Source: an uncultured archaeon
GTDB lineage: Archaea; Iainarchaeota; Iainarchaeia; Iainarchaeales; CSSED10-239
NCBI GenBank assembly: GCA_964591795.1
Contig: CAZQEL010000006.1
Span: forward strand, 5,954-37,953
Direction of reading: 5' to 3'
Length of the DNA: 32,000 nucleotides
The position numbers and the translations under genes were made by a program. The notes under the pieces were generated by a model. That model was not told where the DNA came from and did not search any database. It worked only from the letters and a program-made list of their open reading frames with translations. Positions 1 to 8,240 of the stretch are shown piece by piece (the stretch's first letter is position 1; the number at the start of each line of letters is the position of its first letter).

Positions 1-1
1 T

Positions 2-418
2 CCAAAATTTATTGTGGTTAACGATAAGGTGTTTGCACAAGAACATAATTTAGGTATATTTAATAAAGAAACTGGGGAATATGAAGTTGATGTTATTTTA
101 TTTTCAAGAAAAATATCTGAATTTGTTAAATCTAAAAAAAATGTTATTTTTGAAGGTCATTTATTTTGTGAATTACAAAAGTTTCTTCTTATGAAAATAA
201 ATTATGTTTTTGTTTTAAAAAATTCTGAAAAATTTTTAAGAGATGCAATGAAAGAAAGAGGATATAATGTTTTAAAAATTGAAGAAAATATTCTTTGTTT
301 TAAAACAAATTATTTTGAAAAAAAATTTAATAAAAAACACATTAATTTTATAACTATTCAAGCCACTAAAGATCTTAAACTTAATGTTAATAAAATAAAT
401 AAATATTTAAAACTCTAA
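2..418 (+). CDS. Fap7/AK6-like adenylate kinase/NTPase, C-terminal part (5' end runs off the window)
   Basis: The frame is open from base 2. The segment NVIFEGHLFCEL...NYVFVLKNSEKFLRDAMKERGYNVLKIEENI matches the archaeal Fap7 core as I remember it (GHLSHLL ... VVLR..P..L..RL..RGY...KI.EN). The P-loop would lie upstream of the window. Confidence 0.5.
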   Translation, partial: PKFIVVNDKVFAQEHNLGIFNKETGEYEVDVILFSRKISEFVKSKKNVIFEGHLFCELQKFLLMKINYVFVLKNSEKFLRDAMKERGYNVLKIEENILCFKTNYFEKKFNKKHINFITIQATKDLKLNVNKINKYLKL

Positions 419-431
419 AATGTGATATGAT

Positions 432-1256
432 ATGGTTCAAGCATTAGTTATAGCAAAAACACAAACTGTTAAAGAAATTAAAAAGATATCTAGTATTAAA
501 AGAAGAAATAAATTAATATTTAAATTTTTAGCAATAATTATAATTGTATTTTTAATTGCTTTATTACTAAATAAACTAGTTATTGAAAATAGATATTCAT
601 TTACTGATAAAAAAACAAATATTTATTTTAAATCAAATAATTTTCATATTAAAGAAGGATTTGATGTATTTTCAAAAGATGTAAACTACACTATTGTGTT
701 TAATTCATTATATTCTGATCAAACTTATTTGTCATCAGTAACAGAAGGTCTTGTTTTTTTTCAATCAATGTTACATGCAAAAAATAAAAATGTTATTTTA
801 ATTATATCTTTAAGTGATGAAAACAATAATTTAATTTCTTGTCAATCAAATCTTGGTAATATTTATGAAAATAAAGAACTTACAAAGGATGAGTGTTTAA
901 TATTAATCAAAAGTGATCGTTCAACTATAATGGTTGATTATCCTTATGAAAGTTATATTAATTCAAATGTTTTATTAAATGTATCTGAAAAGTTACTTAT
1001 AATTAAACCAAGTAAAGCTGAAGATGTTTATGCTTCTCTTTCATTAATTTCAAATCAAATGTTTTCTGATTCTGAATTTATAAAGAGTACAATTTTAGAT
1101 ATCCAAAATAAAGTAAACGATAGTAGTAATTTAGATGTTAACAAAAATTTAGATGTCAGTACTAATTTAGATATTAATACTAGTTTTGAAGATATTAATA
1201 CTTTTTTTGATTCAAATATTTCTGATTTGAATACATTTAATGATATTAATAGTTAA
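432..1256 (+). CDS. hypothetical membrane-anchored protein (single N-terminal TM, Asn/Asp-rich repetitive C-terminus)
   Basis: 274-aa ORF with a hydrophobic stretch (FKFLAIIIIVFLIALLL) after a basic N-terminus. The C-terminus carries NLDV(N/S)x repeats encoded by an imperfect 18-bp tandem repeat (about 1125-1178). I recognise no family. Confidence 0.5.
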   Translation: MVQALVIAKTQTVKEIKKISSIKRRNKLIFKFLAIIIIVFLIALLLNKLVIENRYSFTDKKTNIYFKSNNFHIKEGFDVFSKDVNYTIVFNSLYSDQTYLSSVTEGLVFFQSMLHAKNKNVILIISLSDENNNLISCQSNLGNIYENKELTKDECLILIKSDRSTIMVDYPYESYINSNVLLNVSEKLLIIKPSKAEDVYASLSLISNQMFSDSEFIKSTILDIQNKVNDSSNLDVNKNLDVSTNLDINTSFEDINTFFDSNISDLNTFNDINS

Positions 1257-1325
1257 TTATTTTATTTTTAAAATAATTACTATTTACAATTCAATTTATA
1301 TTATTTATGCTACAATATTATATCT

Positions 1326-2696
1326 ATGACTTCAATTGGATTTGATAAATCAAAGCTTTCTGTTTTTAAACAAACAAGAAAAGAACTTATAAAAGAAATT
1401 AAACCTAGTAGTGCTCAGATTATCAAAGAAAAGAATTTTATAGATAATATTACTAAGAAAATAGAAAAAATGCCTGGAAGTCATTTATATGCAGTTGTTG
1501 CAGGGTCTTTTGGAAAAGGAACTCAATTAAAGGATAAAAAAGATTTTGATGTGTTTGTAATTTATCCACCTTCATTAGAAAAAGATAAATTTGTAGAAGA
1601 AGGTCTTAGTTTAGGTCAAAAGGTGTTTAAAGGTAATTTTTGGGAAAAAGCTTATTCTCAACATCCTTACATAAGAGGGATAATAAATGGGCATAAGGTT
1701 GAAATTGTTCCAGCTTATAAAATTGAACCAAATGAACCAATTATTTCTGCAGTTGATAGAACTGTTTTACATTTAATGTTTGTGCTTAAAAACATGTCTG
1801 AAATTCAAAAAGATGAAACTCGTCTTTTAAAATATTTTATGCAGTATGTTGGTTGTTATGGAGCTGATACATCTGTATCTGGTTTTTCTGGATATTTATG
1901 TGAATTATTAATTTTATTTTATGGCGATTTTGAAACCGTTATTGAAAAAGCAGCAAACTGGGAAGGTGCTATTAAGTTTACTTTACTTAAAGAACAACAT
2001 GTTAATTTAGCTAGATTTTCAGATTCATTAGTAGCAATTGATCCTATTGATGATAATAGAAATGTTGCTTCAGCCGTAAGTTTAAAACAAATGAGTTTAT
2101 TTATTTCAGCATCTCGTTCTTTTTTAGAAAATCCGTCAATGGATTTTTTTAGGCCTAAAAATAATAGACAAGTTACCTATCATCAATTGATTGGAAAATT
2201 AGATAATTTTTCTATGGCAATAATTAGATTTGATGTTAGAGATTTACTTAAAGAAATTGTTTGGTCTAAAGTTAAAAGTAGTACTAAAAAATTAATTGCA
2301 CATTTAGAATTTTCAGACTTTGATGTATTAAAATATGATGTGTATCATAAAGAGGGTCAAGACAAATGTTATTTATTAATTTTATTAGATACTTTAGAGC
2401 TTCCTAAATTTAAAAAAATAATTGGACCATTAGTTTCAGATTATAAAAGTTCTCAAAACTATCTTTCAAACAATAGATCAGTTTTAGGGCCATATATTAA
2501 GGATGATCGTTGGTATGTTATTCGTAAAAGATATAAAACTTTAGCAAAATCAATTATTCAAGAGTTTTCTATAAGTTTTGATTTAAAATCAAATGTATAT
2601 GTATCAAATGAAATTAATGATTTATTTTTAGAAGATGATGAATTGGCAATTTGTTTGTCTGATTTTTTTGTTTCAAAGGAAAAATTTTTAATATGA
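1326..2696 (+). CDS. cca: archaeal class I CCA-adding enzyme (tRNA nucleotidyltransferase)
   Basis: 456 aa. It has the Pol-beta-type motif VAGSFGKGTQLKDKKDFDVFV and the overall archaeal CCA enzyme layout (HPYIRG, DRTVLH, GADTSVSGFSGY, PIDDNRNVA). TTTATATT at 1295-1302 sits about 27 nt before the ATG with no SD, so the mRNA is probably leaderless. Confidence 0.9.
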   Translation: MTSIGFDKSKLSVFKQTRKELIKEIKPSSAQIIKEKNFIDNITKKIEKMPGSHLYAVVAGSFGKGTQLKDKKDFDVFVIYPPSLEKDKFVEEGLSLGQKVFKGNFWEKAYSQHPYIRGIINGHKVEIVPAYKIEPNEPIISAVDRTVLHLMFVLKNMSEIQKDETRLLKYFMQYVGCYGADTSVSGFSGYLCELLILFYGDFETVIEKAANWEGAIKFTLLKEQHVNLARFSDSLVAIDPIDDNRNVASAVSLKQMSLFISASRSFLENPSMDFFRPKNNRQVTYHQLIGKLDNFSMAIIRFDVRDLLKEIVWSKVKSSTKKLIAHLEFSDFDVLKYDVYHKEGQDKCYLLILLDTLELPKFKKIIGPLVSDYKSSQNYLSNNRSVLGPYIKDDRWYVIRKRYKTLAKSIIQEFSISFDLKSNVYVSNEINDLFLEDDELAICLSDFFVSKEKFLI

Positions 2697-3355
2697 CATC
2701 CAGAACTCCAAATGTAGATATAGCAAATAAATATAAAGAAATTATTACTAAATTTAAATTACCTAAAGGATATTCTATTTCATTTCCTGATAAACATGTT
2801 TTTCCTGATGGATATGTAACTTCTAAAAGAAGCTTTACACCTATTATTGCATTAAATTTTAATGAAGAAAGAATTGCTTTACTTAAGTTTAGTGTTGTTA
2901 AAAAGAAAACACATTTAAGTTATGTTCAAGGGGTTAAAAATAAATTAAAAGTGCATCCTGAATGGATTGATTTTTTACTTGAACCTTTTATTTTTACTGG
3001 CATTGTTATTTATGGTTCTGCTTCTAAATTTAAAGATAATTTTTTATTTACAGGTTTTAATGAGTCTAAAAAATCTTTAAATAATACAATTGCTTTGTAT
3101 GAATGTAATATTAAATATATTAAAGATAAAAATAAAAAAATTAATCTTGAACGTAATTTAGAAATAAGTAAAGCCAAAGTTTCCTTATATTCTAAAATTA
3201 GAGATAAATATTTTGATAAAAATGGTGCTCTTAATCTTTCTAAAGAAAGAATTAAACATTTAGATACTATTTATTCTCAAGTAAAAACTAAGCCTAATTT
3301 TACAATTTATAAAGAACATAGAAAAAGACCACTTATTAAACATTTTAGAAAATAG
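2693..3355 (+). CDS. hypothetical protein, translationally coupled to cca
   Basis: 220-aa ORF whose ATG overlaps the cca stop (ATGA at 2693-2696). It has a basic C-terminus. I recognise no family and it lacks the two HxT/S motifs of LigT/ThpR. Confidence 0.55.
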   Translation: MTSRTPNVDIANKYKEIITKFKLPKGYSISFPDKHVFPDGYVTSKRSFTPIIALNFNEERIALLKFSVVKKKTHLSYVQGVKNKLKVHPEWIDFLLEPFIFTGIVIYGSASKFKDNFLFTGFNESKKSLNNTIALYECNIKYIKDKNKKINLERNLEISKAKVSLYSKIRDKYFDKNGALNLSKERIKHLDTIYSQVKTKPNFTIYKEHRKRPLIKHFRK

Positions 3356-3550
3356 TTTTTTATTATGTATTCTTTAACTAATTAATAGTAATTTAGATTT
3401 TTTTAACTTTTTAAAGAGTGGTTTGTTAATTGGTACGTTATTATAAGTTTTAATGTACTTTTTAATACATTTAATTGGAGTATATATATATATTCTTGCT
3501 AAGTGTAATATATAATGGATTTGAGACCTTTAGAAAAATCCTAATAAAAT

Positions 3551-3682
3551 GGTTGTCAGGTGAGTTTTTTCATCTAGGAGGTGGTGTTTGAAAGTATGAC
3601 GATAACTAACAAAAACGATAGTTAGGGAAGTAAACTTTAACCAGGTTTGAATGGAAAACTAAGGCAATATGTGACTTCCCTA
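3551..3682. ncRNA. candidate structured non-coding RNA of unknown class
   Basis: This is a local GC spike in an ORF-free spacer. By hand count 3551-3600 is 21/50 G+C and 3601-3680 is 28/80, against 14/100 for 3681-3780. There is a perfect 9-bp stem TAGGGAAGT (3623-3631) / ACTTCCCTA (3674-3682). Smaller hairpins lie at 3558-3575, 3603-3624 and 3517-3541. No ORF longer than about 9 codons occurs on either strand. Confidence 0.25.
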
Positions 3683-3801
3683 TCTTCAATAAATCTTTTT
3701 TTAATATTTTTTAATGTTTGTTTATTTTCTCTATTTTCTATAAGCTTTATATATCTTTTCTATATATAGTATATAGTAATGTAAAATTTGTCATCTAAAT
3801 A

Positions 3802-3883
3802 GCAGAGGTGGCGGAGTGGTCAAACGCGCCAGCCTTGAGAGCTGGAGCCTCGTGCTACATGGGTTCGAATCCCATCCTCTGCG
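3802..3883 (+). tRNA. tRNA-Ser (anticodon TGA)
   Basis: The cloverleaf folds by eye. The acceptor is GCAGAGG/CCTCTGC with discriminator G. The anticodon stem is CCAGC/GCTGG with loop CTTGAGA. It has a 13-nt variable arm and a T arm ATGGG-TTCGAAT-CCCAT. No CCA is encoded and a T-run follows. Confidence 0.93.
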
Positions 3884-3913
3884 CTTTTTTTAATTAATTT
3901 AAATTGTGATTTT

Positions 3914-4246
3914 ATGATTAAGGAAAATATTACTTATAATGAATTTATGAAATTAGATATTAGAATTGGAACTATTGTAGAAGCAAAAGTAGTTGAAGGT
4001 TCTGATAAATTATTAAAATTAATATTAGATTTTGGAGAATTTAAAAAGCAAATAATAGCAGGTATAAAAACAAAATATCAACCATCAGATGTAATTGATA
4101 AACAAATTCCTGTGATTATAAACTTAGAACCAAGAAGACTTATGGGTTTTTTAAGTGAAGGTATGATATTAGGGGTTGGAGATAAAACTCTTGATGCTTT
4201 ATTAATTCCTTCTGAATCTGTGGTAGATGGTAGCTTAGTTCACTAA
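3914..4246 (+). CDS. tRNA-binding domain protein (Trbp111/CsaA, EMAP-II-like OB fold)
   Basis: 110 aa. The motifs F.KLDIRIGTIVEAK...DKLLKL.LDFGE...QIIAGIK..Y...L...Q...I.NLEPR.LMG..SEGMIL are the classic MetRS-C/CsaA tRNA-binding domain signature. Confidence 0.85.
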   Translation: MIKENITYNEFMKLDIRIGTIVEAKVVEGSDKLLKLILDFGEFKKQIIAGIKTKYQPSDVIDKQIPVIINLEPRRLMGFLSEGMILGVGDKTLDALLIPSESVVDGSLVH

Positions 4247-4271
4247 TTTTTTTAATTATATAGTTTATTAT

Positions 4272-4353
4272 GCAGAGGTGGCGGAGTGGTCAAACGCGCA
4301 AGCCTGGAAAGCTTGAGCCTCGTGCTACGCGAGTTCGAATCTCGTCCTCTGCG
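4272..4353 (+). tRNA. tRNA-Ser (anticodon GGA)
   Basis: It has the same acceptor and D arm as the 3802 copy, with the first 27 nt identical. The anticodon stem is CAAGC/GCTTG with loop CTGGAAA. It has a long variable arm, a T arm GCGAG-TTCGAAT-CTCGT and discriminator G. No CCA is encoded. Confidence 0.93.
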
Positions 4354-4367
4354 CTTATTTTTAATTA

Positions 4368-4877
4368 TTATAATTTTCCAAGTTTTGATGGTCTTTTAAA
4401 CACCATTGATTTGTGTGCTGAAAATCTAGTTAAGTTCATAACTAAATCCGCAGTTAATTTTGCAAAGATTGCTGGAAATTTAGCAAATTCAACAAGTCCA
4501 ATCACCATTATGAAAATAAAAATTACTGTTGAAAAATTAATTATGTAATATCTTGTGAAAGAAAATAAGTTTTTTTTAGAAAAAGTTTTACTTTCATCTT
4601 TAAATACAAATTTTTTATGTAAATTGTAGTTTACAAATGTTTTTATAAAATCAGAGAAGAAGGTTACTATAATATAATATAAATTTAGTGTATTTACAAA
4701 AGTATATATTAAGCCAACATCAACAAGGGTACCTATAAGACCTAATACAGCATATTTAAAAAAACGTTTAATTCTATAAATTATAGAAAATGAAATAAAC
4801 CAATAATATATTCTATAAATATAATGGTGTTTTTTTAATGTCACAAGAGAATGTGTAAAATCAGTTTTCGGTATCAT
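4368..4877 (-). CDS. GtrA-family membrane protein (polyprenyl-phosphate-sugar handling family)
   Basis: 169 aa with 4 predicted TM segments. RFFKYAVLGLIGTLVDVGLIYTFV....L.YYI...FS.F......YNLHKKFVFK matches the GtrA signature (RF..VG......N......L........A..........F.....W.F). Confidence 0.7.
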   Translation of the reverse strand: MIPKTDFTHSLVTLKKHHYIYRIYYWFISFSIIYRIKRFFKYAVLGLIGTLVDVGLIYTFVNTLNLYYIIVTFFSDFIKTFVNYNLHKKFVFKDESKTFSKKNLFSFTRYYIINFSTVIFIFIMVIGLVEFAKFPAIFAKLTADLVMNLTRFSAHKSMVFKRPSKLGKL

Positions 4878-5023
4878 ATTAATTTGTTTGTTGTTTATAA
4901 TGTATATAATATGTAATTTATTATATATATTTATTGTTTTTCACTTATACTTTAAAAAGAATAACTATTTATATCTTTTACAATATATAATATATTGTTT
5001 TTAAATATAAAATAAGAATATTT

Positions 5024-7903
5024 ATGTCTGTTGAAAAATATAAACTTGAAAAAGAAAAAGATTTCTTTAAGGAAATGGAAAATACAAGAATAGTTGTAAA
5101 TGAAAATACTATTACTGATATTGAAAAAAAATTAAAAGAATCTAAAGAGCCTTCTATTAAAGAAGATGAATCTATATTAGAAGATGATACTTTAAATGAA
5201 GAAAAAGTTGTAACTAATAATAATTTAAATATAGACAAATCTACTGAAAATAATAATAATGACGAGAATAATAATAATGACAAAAATGATAATGATGATA
5301 TTGTTTCATCTGTTGTAGAAGATGTAGATTCAATAGATTATAATCTAGATGTTATTAAAGAACAAGATATTAAAGAAAAACAAGATGTTACAAAAGAAAT
5401 AAAAGAAACAATAGATAATTATAAAAAAAAAGAAATAAAAAAAGAAATTGTTTCAGATAATATTAAACCTCAACTTAAATTTTTAGAAGATTTTGAAGAT
5501 CCAAGTTGTGTATACTTAGGGCGTAAAAAATCAGTTTTGAAACAATATGGTAAAATAGCTACAGCATACATTGGTAAGGTTGCTGAGAATCAACAAGAGG
5601 GTAAAAAAGTACACATTGATGGGCTAAATCCTCACGTAATCTTCTTGGATGGTGCAAGAGGAACTGGTAAGAGTTACCTTTTAGGTGTGATTGCTGAAGA
5701 GCTTGCATTAACTAATCCTTATATTGGACAAATTGTAATAGATCCTGTTGGTGTTTTTTGGTCAATGAAGTTTCCAAATAGAGATACTAAAGAATTAAAA
5801 ATTTTAGAAGAATGGGGTCTTAAACCACAAGGACTTAAAAATATTAAAGTTTTTGTTCCAGAAGGAATTAAATCTCAAGTTTCAAAAGATACCTATGATG
5901 ATACATTTTCAATGTACCCATCTTTGTTAACTCCAGAAGACTGGTGTTTAACATATGGTATTGAAAGATTTTCTCCATCAGGTCTTCTTTTAGAAAAAAC
6001 ACTTGCGTCTGTAAAGAAAGGTTATATTACTGGCGGTACAAAAGATGTACCTGATGTTAAAAAAATATCAGCAAAAGGAAATCATTATAGTTTAGAAAAT
6101 ATAATAGATTGTTTACAAAATAATTCTGAATTTCAATCAGCTCAAAAAGGATATAAACCAGATTCAATAAGAGCATTGGTTTCAAGATTTGAAGCTGCAA
6201 GATCCTGGGGTATTTTTTCAAATTCAGGAACACCTCTTTCAAAATTATCACGAGAAAACCAATTAACTGTTCTTGATACTTCTTTTTTAGATGAAAATAT
6301 TACAGCATTAGTAATTGGTATTTTAGCTAGAAGAATTTTATCTGCAAGAAAACTTTTAGCACGTCAAGAAGCTGTTAAAAAATATGAGGATTCTGAACAA
6401 AAAGCAGAAGAACTTTTAGAAATTGAAATTCCACCTACATGGATGTATATTGATGAAGCACACACCTTAATTCCATCTGGTAATTCTCAAACACCAGCAA
6501 CTGCTGGAATTATTGAATATGTAAAACAAGGAAGAAGACCTGGTTGTTCATTAGTATTTGCAACACAACAACCTTCAGCAATTAACACTAAGGTATTGTC
6601 TCAAGTAGATATATTAATTTCGAATAAATTAGTTTTTAATGATGATATTTCAGCTATTCAGAAAAGAATGCCTACAATTATTCCTAAACAATATAAGGAA
6701 CCAAATTTTATAAAAACATTACCTTTTGCAACTGCACTTGTTGGTGACAGGTCAGAAGAAACTTCAAGAGCATTTATTTTAAGAGCAGTTCCACGTAAAT
6801 CTCAACATGAAGGTCGTGATGCTGAAACAATCAGAGAAATTCCTAAGAAGACTAAATCTGAAGTGCTTAAAATTGTAGGAAATTTAATTTATAAAAAACT
6901 TGAAGAAACAAAGGAAATAAAAGTAAGTTTTGCAAAAGATATTTTAGATATTGTAAATATTAAATATAGATCTGATGCTTATTGGGATGAAGTTTTAGAA
7001 AAGCTTTTTGAAAAGAAAGTAGTTTTAGAAAAAGAATTACTTTTTTTAAACACTACATTTATGGATGAAAAACCTGTTGAAAAAACAGTTTTAATTGATG
7101 AAAATAAATTGAATGAATCTGATGAAGTTTTAGAAATGTCTGAAACTTTAGATGATAATAAACTGGTTTTTCAAAAAGTTAAAACTAGAACTACAATTGT
7201 TGAAAGAATAAGTAAAAGTACAATTGAAGAAATGGCAAAATCAAAAATAAGTAGTATATTTTCAATTTTCAAGCCAAAGGAAACAATTCAAACTATTGTT
7301 TTATGGTATCGTGGTGTATATAAGTTAAATTATAATTTATATGATGATGATGAAAATTATAAAAAAATGAACTGTTATGTTGATTCAGTTACTGGTGAGT
7401 TAATTCATTTTAAAAATGGAGAATTTAAAATTTCAAAAGGATTAAGTGTTTTAGAATATATAGATTCTGATGATGTTGAATTATTATATCTTTTAAAAAA
7501 GCAACACACTTTATTTTCATTAAATCAAGAAACAAACATTTTAGAAAAAGACTTAATTCCAAAAATAGATGTTTTTAAAGAATATAAATTAATAAACATT
7601 AAAGAAAATAATAATAGAGAAATATATAAGTTGTCTGAAAATTTTGATGTTCCATTTGATGCCTCTCTATCTATTTTAAGTTCTTTAGAGGTTTTACCTT
7701 TAAAAAAGCAAGATGTTGAATTTTTAGAAGGAATTAATTATTCTTTATTAAAAATACAAGATTTATTAAATAAATTATGGGGAGAAATTGAGTTTGTGTT
7801 AACTGAAGAAATATTTTGGCCTATTTGGCATATTACTTATGTTGATTCTAAAAATAACTCTAGACTTCTAAGGATTGATGCAATTACAGGAAAAGAAATG
7901 TAA
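5024..7903 (+). CDS. HerA/DUF87-type P-loop ATPase with long N- and C-terminal extensions
   Basis: 959 aa. Walker A is LDGARGTGKS (5651-5674) and Walker B is WMYIDEAH (6440-6463). The HerA-type arginine region is GRRPGCSLVFATQQPSAINTKVLSQVDILISNKL. The first roughly 165 aa are low-complexity and rich in E/K/N/D. About 350 aa lie C-terminal to the ATPase. Confidence 0.8.
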   Translation: MSVEKYKLEKEKDFFKEMENTRIVVNENTITDIEKKLKESKEPSIKEDESILEDDTLNEEKVVTNNNLNIDKSTENNNNDENNNNDKNDNDDIVSSVVEDVDSIDYNLDVIKEQDIKEKQDVTKEIKETIDNYKKKEIKKEIVSDNIKPQLKFLEDFEDPSCVYLGRKKSVLKQYGKIATAYIGKVAENQQEGKKVHIDGLNPHVIFLDGARGTGKSYLLGVIAEELALTNPYIGQIVIDPVGVFWSMKFPNRDTKELKILEEWGLKPQGLKNIKVFVPEGIKSQVSKDTYDDTFSMYPSLLTPEDWCLTYGIERFSPSGLLLEKTLASVKKGYITGGTKDVPDVKKISAKGNHYSLENIIDCLQNNSEFQSAQKGYKPDSIRALVSRFEAARSWGIFSNSGTPLSKLSRENQLTVLDTSFLDENITALVIGILARRILSARKLLARQEAVKKYEDSEQKAEELLEIEIPPTWMYIDEAHTLIPSGNSQTPATAGIIEYVKQGRRPGCSLVFATQQPSAINTKVLSQVDILISNKLVFNDDISAIQKRMPTIIPKQYKEPNFIKTLPFATALVGDRSEETSRAFILRAVPRKSQHEGRDAETIREIPKKTKSEVLKIVGNLIYKKLEETKEIKVSFAKDILDIVNIKYRSDAYWDEVLEKLFEKKVVLEKELLFLNTTFMDEKPVEKTVLIDENKLNESDEVLEMSETLDDNKLVFQKVKTRTTIVERISKSTIEEMAKSKISSIFSIFKPKETIQTIVLWYRGVYKLNYNLYDDDENYKKMNCYVDSVTGELIHFKNGEFKISKGLSVLEYIDSDDVELLYLLKKQHTLFSLNQETNILEKDLIPKIDVFKEYKLINIKENNNREIYKLSENFDVPFDASLSILSSLEVLPLKKQDVEFLEGINYSLLKIQDLLNKLWGEIEFVLTEEIFWPIWHITYVDSKNNSRLLRIDAITGKEM

Positions 7904-7938
7904 TTGTAAATATTAATTAAATAATAAGTTGATAAACT

Positions 7939-8238
7939 ATGACTATTACAGAGAAAGATTTTATACAAGATACTTGTAAAGCAACCCCTGGGTTTGAATA
8001 TTATCCTAAAAAATTCACTGAAATTAATGTTTCTAATCTTTTAGATTTATTATATAAAAATGAGTTTTATATTTCTAAAGATAATTCTCCATTTTATATT
8101 CATGTTAAAAAAAAGGATCTTGAAGCAACAATTTTTTCCTCATTAAAAATAATTATTAAAAATATTACTGAGGAAGATGTTGCTACTAAATCATTTAACA
8201 CTATTTTAAAGTTTGCAAATAAGATTTTAGATGGTTAA
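7939..8238 (+). CDS. hypothetical small protein (weak resemblance to a single TBP-like half-domain)
   Basis: 99-aa ORF 35 nt downstream of the HerA-like gene on the same strand. The segment FYIHVKKKDLEATIFSSLKIIIKNITEEDVATKSFNTILKF lines up loosely with AIIRIHNPKVTILLFKNGKMICAGAKSEGDIKKSITAVKKL of the TBP in this window. Confidence 0.45.
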   Translation: MTITEKDFIQDTCKATPGFEYYPKKFTEINVSNLLDLLYKNEFYISKDNSPFYIHVKKKDLEATIFSSLKIIIKNITEEDVATKSFNTILKFANKILDG

Positions 8239-8240
8239 TT

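Noticed and set aside
3517-3690. Reading the GC-rich spacer block as SRP RNA, RNase P RNA, a C/D box sRNA or an intron-containing tRNA
   Set aside because: There is no GNAR-capped helix 8 with an AGCA-type loop and no GAGGAAAGUCC / ACAGAA-GGCUUA pair. The only C-box-like string (UAUGACGA) has no matching D box. The 7-9 bp terminal stem encloses only 42 nt and there is no T-arm. I therefore keep it as unclassified.
3802-4353. The two about-82-nt direct repeats as att-like boundaries of an integrated element
   Set aside because: The repeats are complete, functional-looking tRNA-Ser genes with different anticodons. The 388-nt interval between them holds only the Trbp111 gene, with no integrase or other mobile-element gene nearby.
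4270-4548. 92-aa plus-strand ORF in the track
   Set aside because: Its first 84 nt are the tRNA-Ser(GGA) gene, and the rest is antisense to the GtrA-like gene. It is an artefact of the tRNA sequence.
4978-5283. 101-aa minus-strand ORF rich in S/L/F
   Set aside because: It is the antisense shadow of the low-complexity E/K/N-rich 5' end of the HerA-like gene. It has no start context and its composition is purely low-complexity.
5024-8238. The HerA-like gene as part of a NurA-HerA-Mre11-Rad50 repair operon or a known HerA-based defence pair
   Set aside because: The flanking genes contain no NurA, Mre11, Rad50, Sir2 or DUF4297-like sequence. The neighbours are a GtrA-like protein, a 99-aa orphan ORF and a DUF1846 protein.
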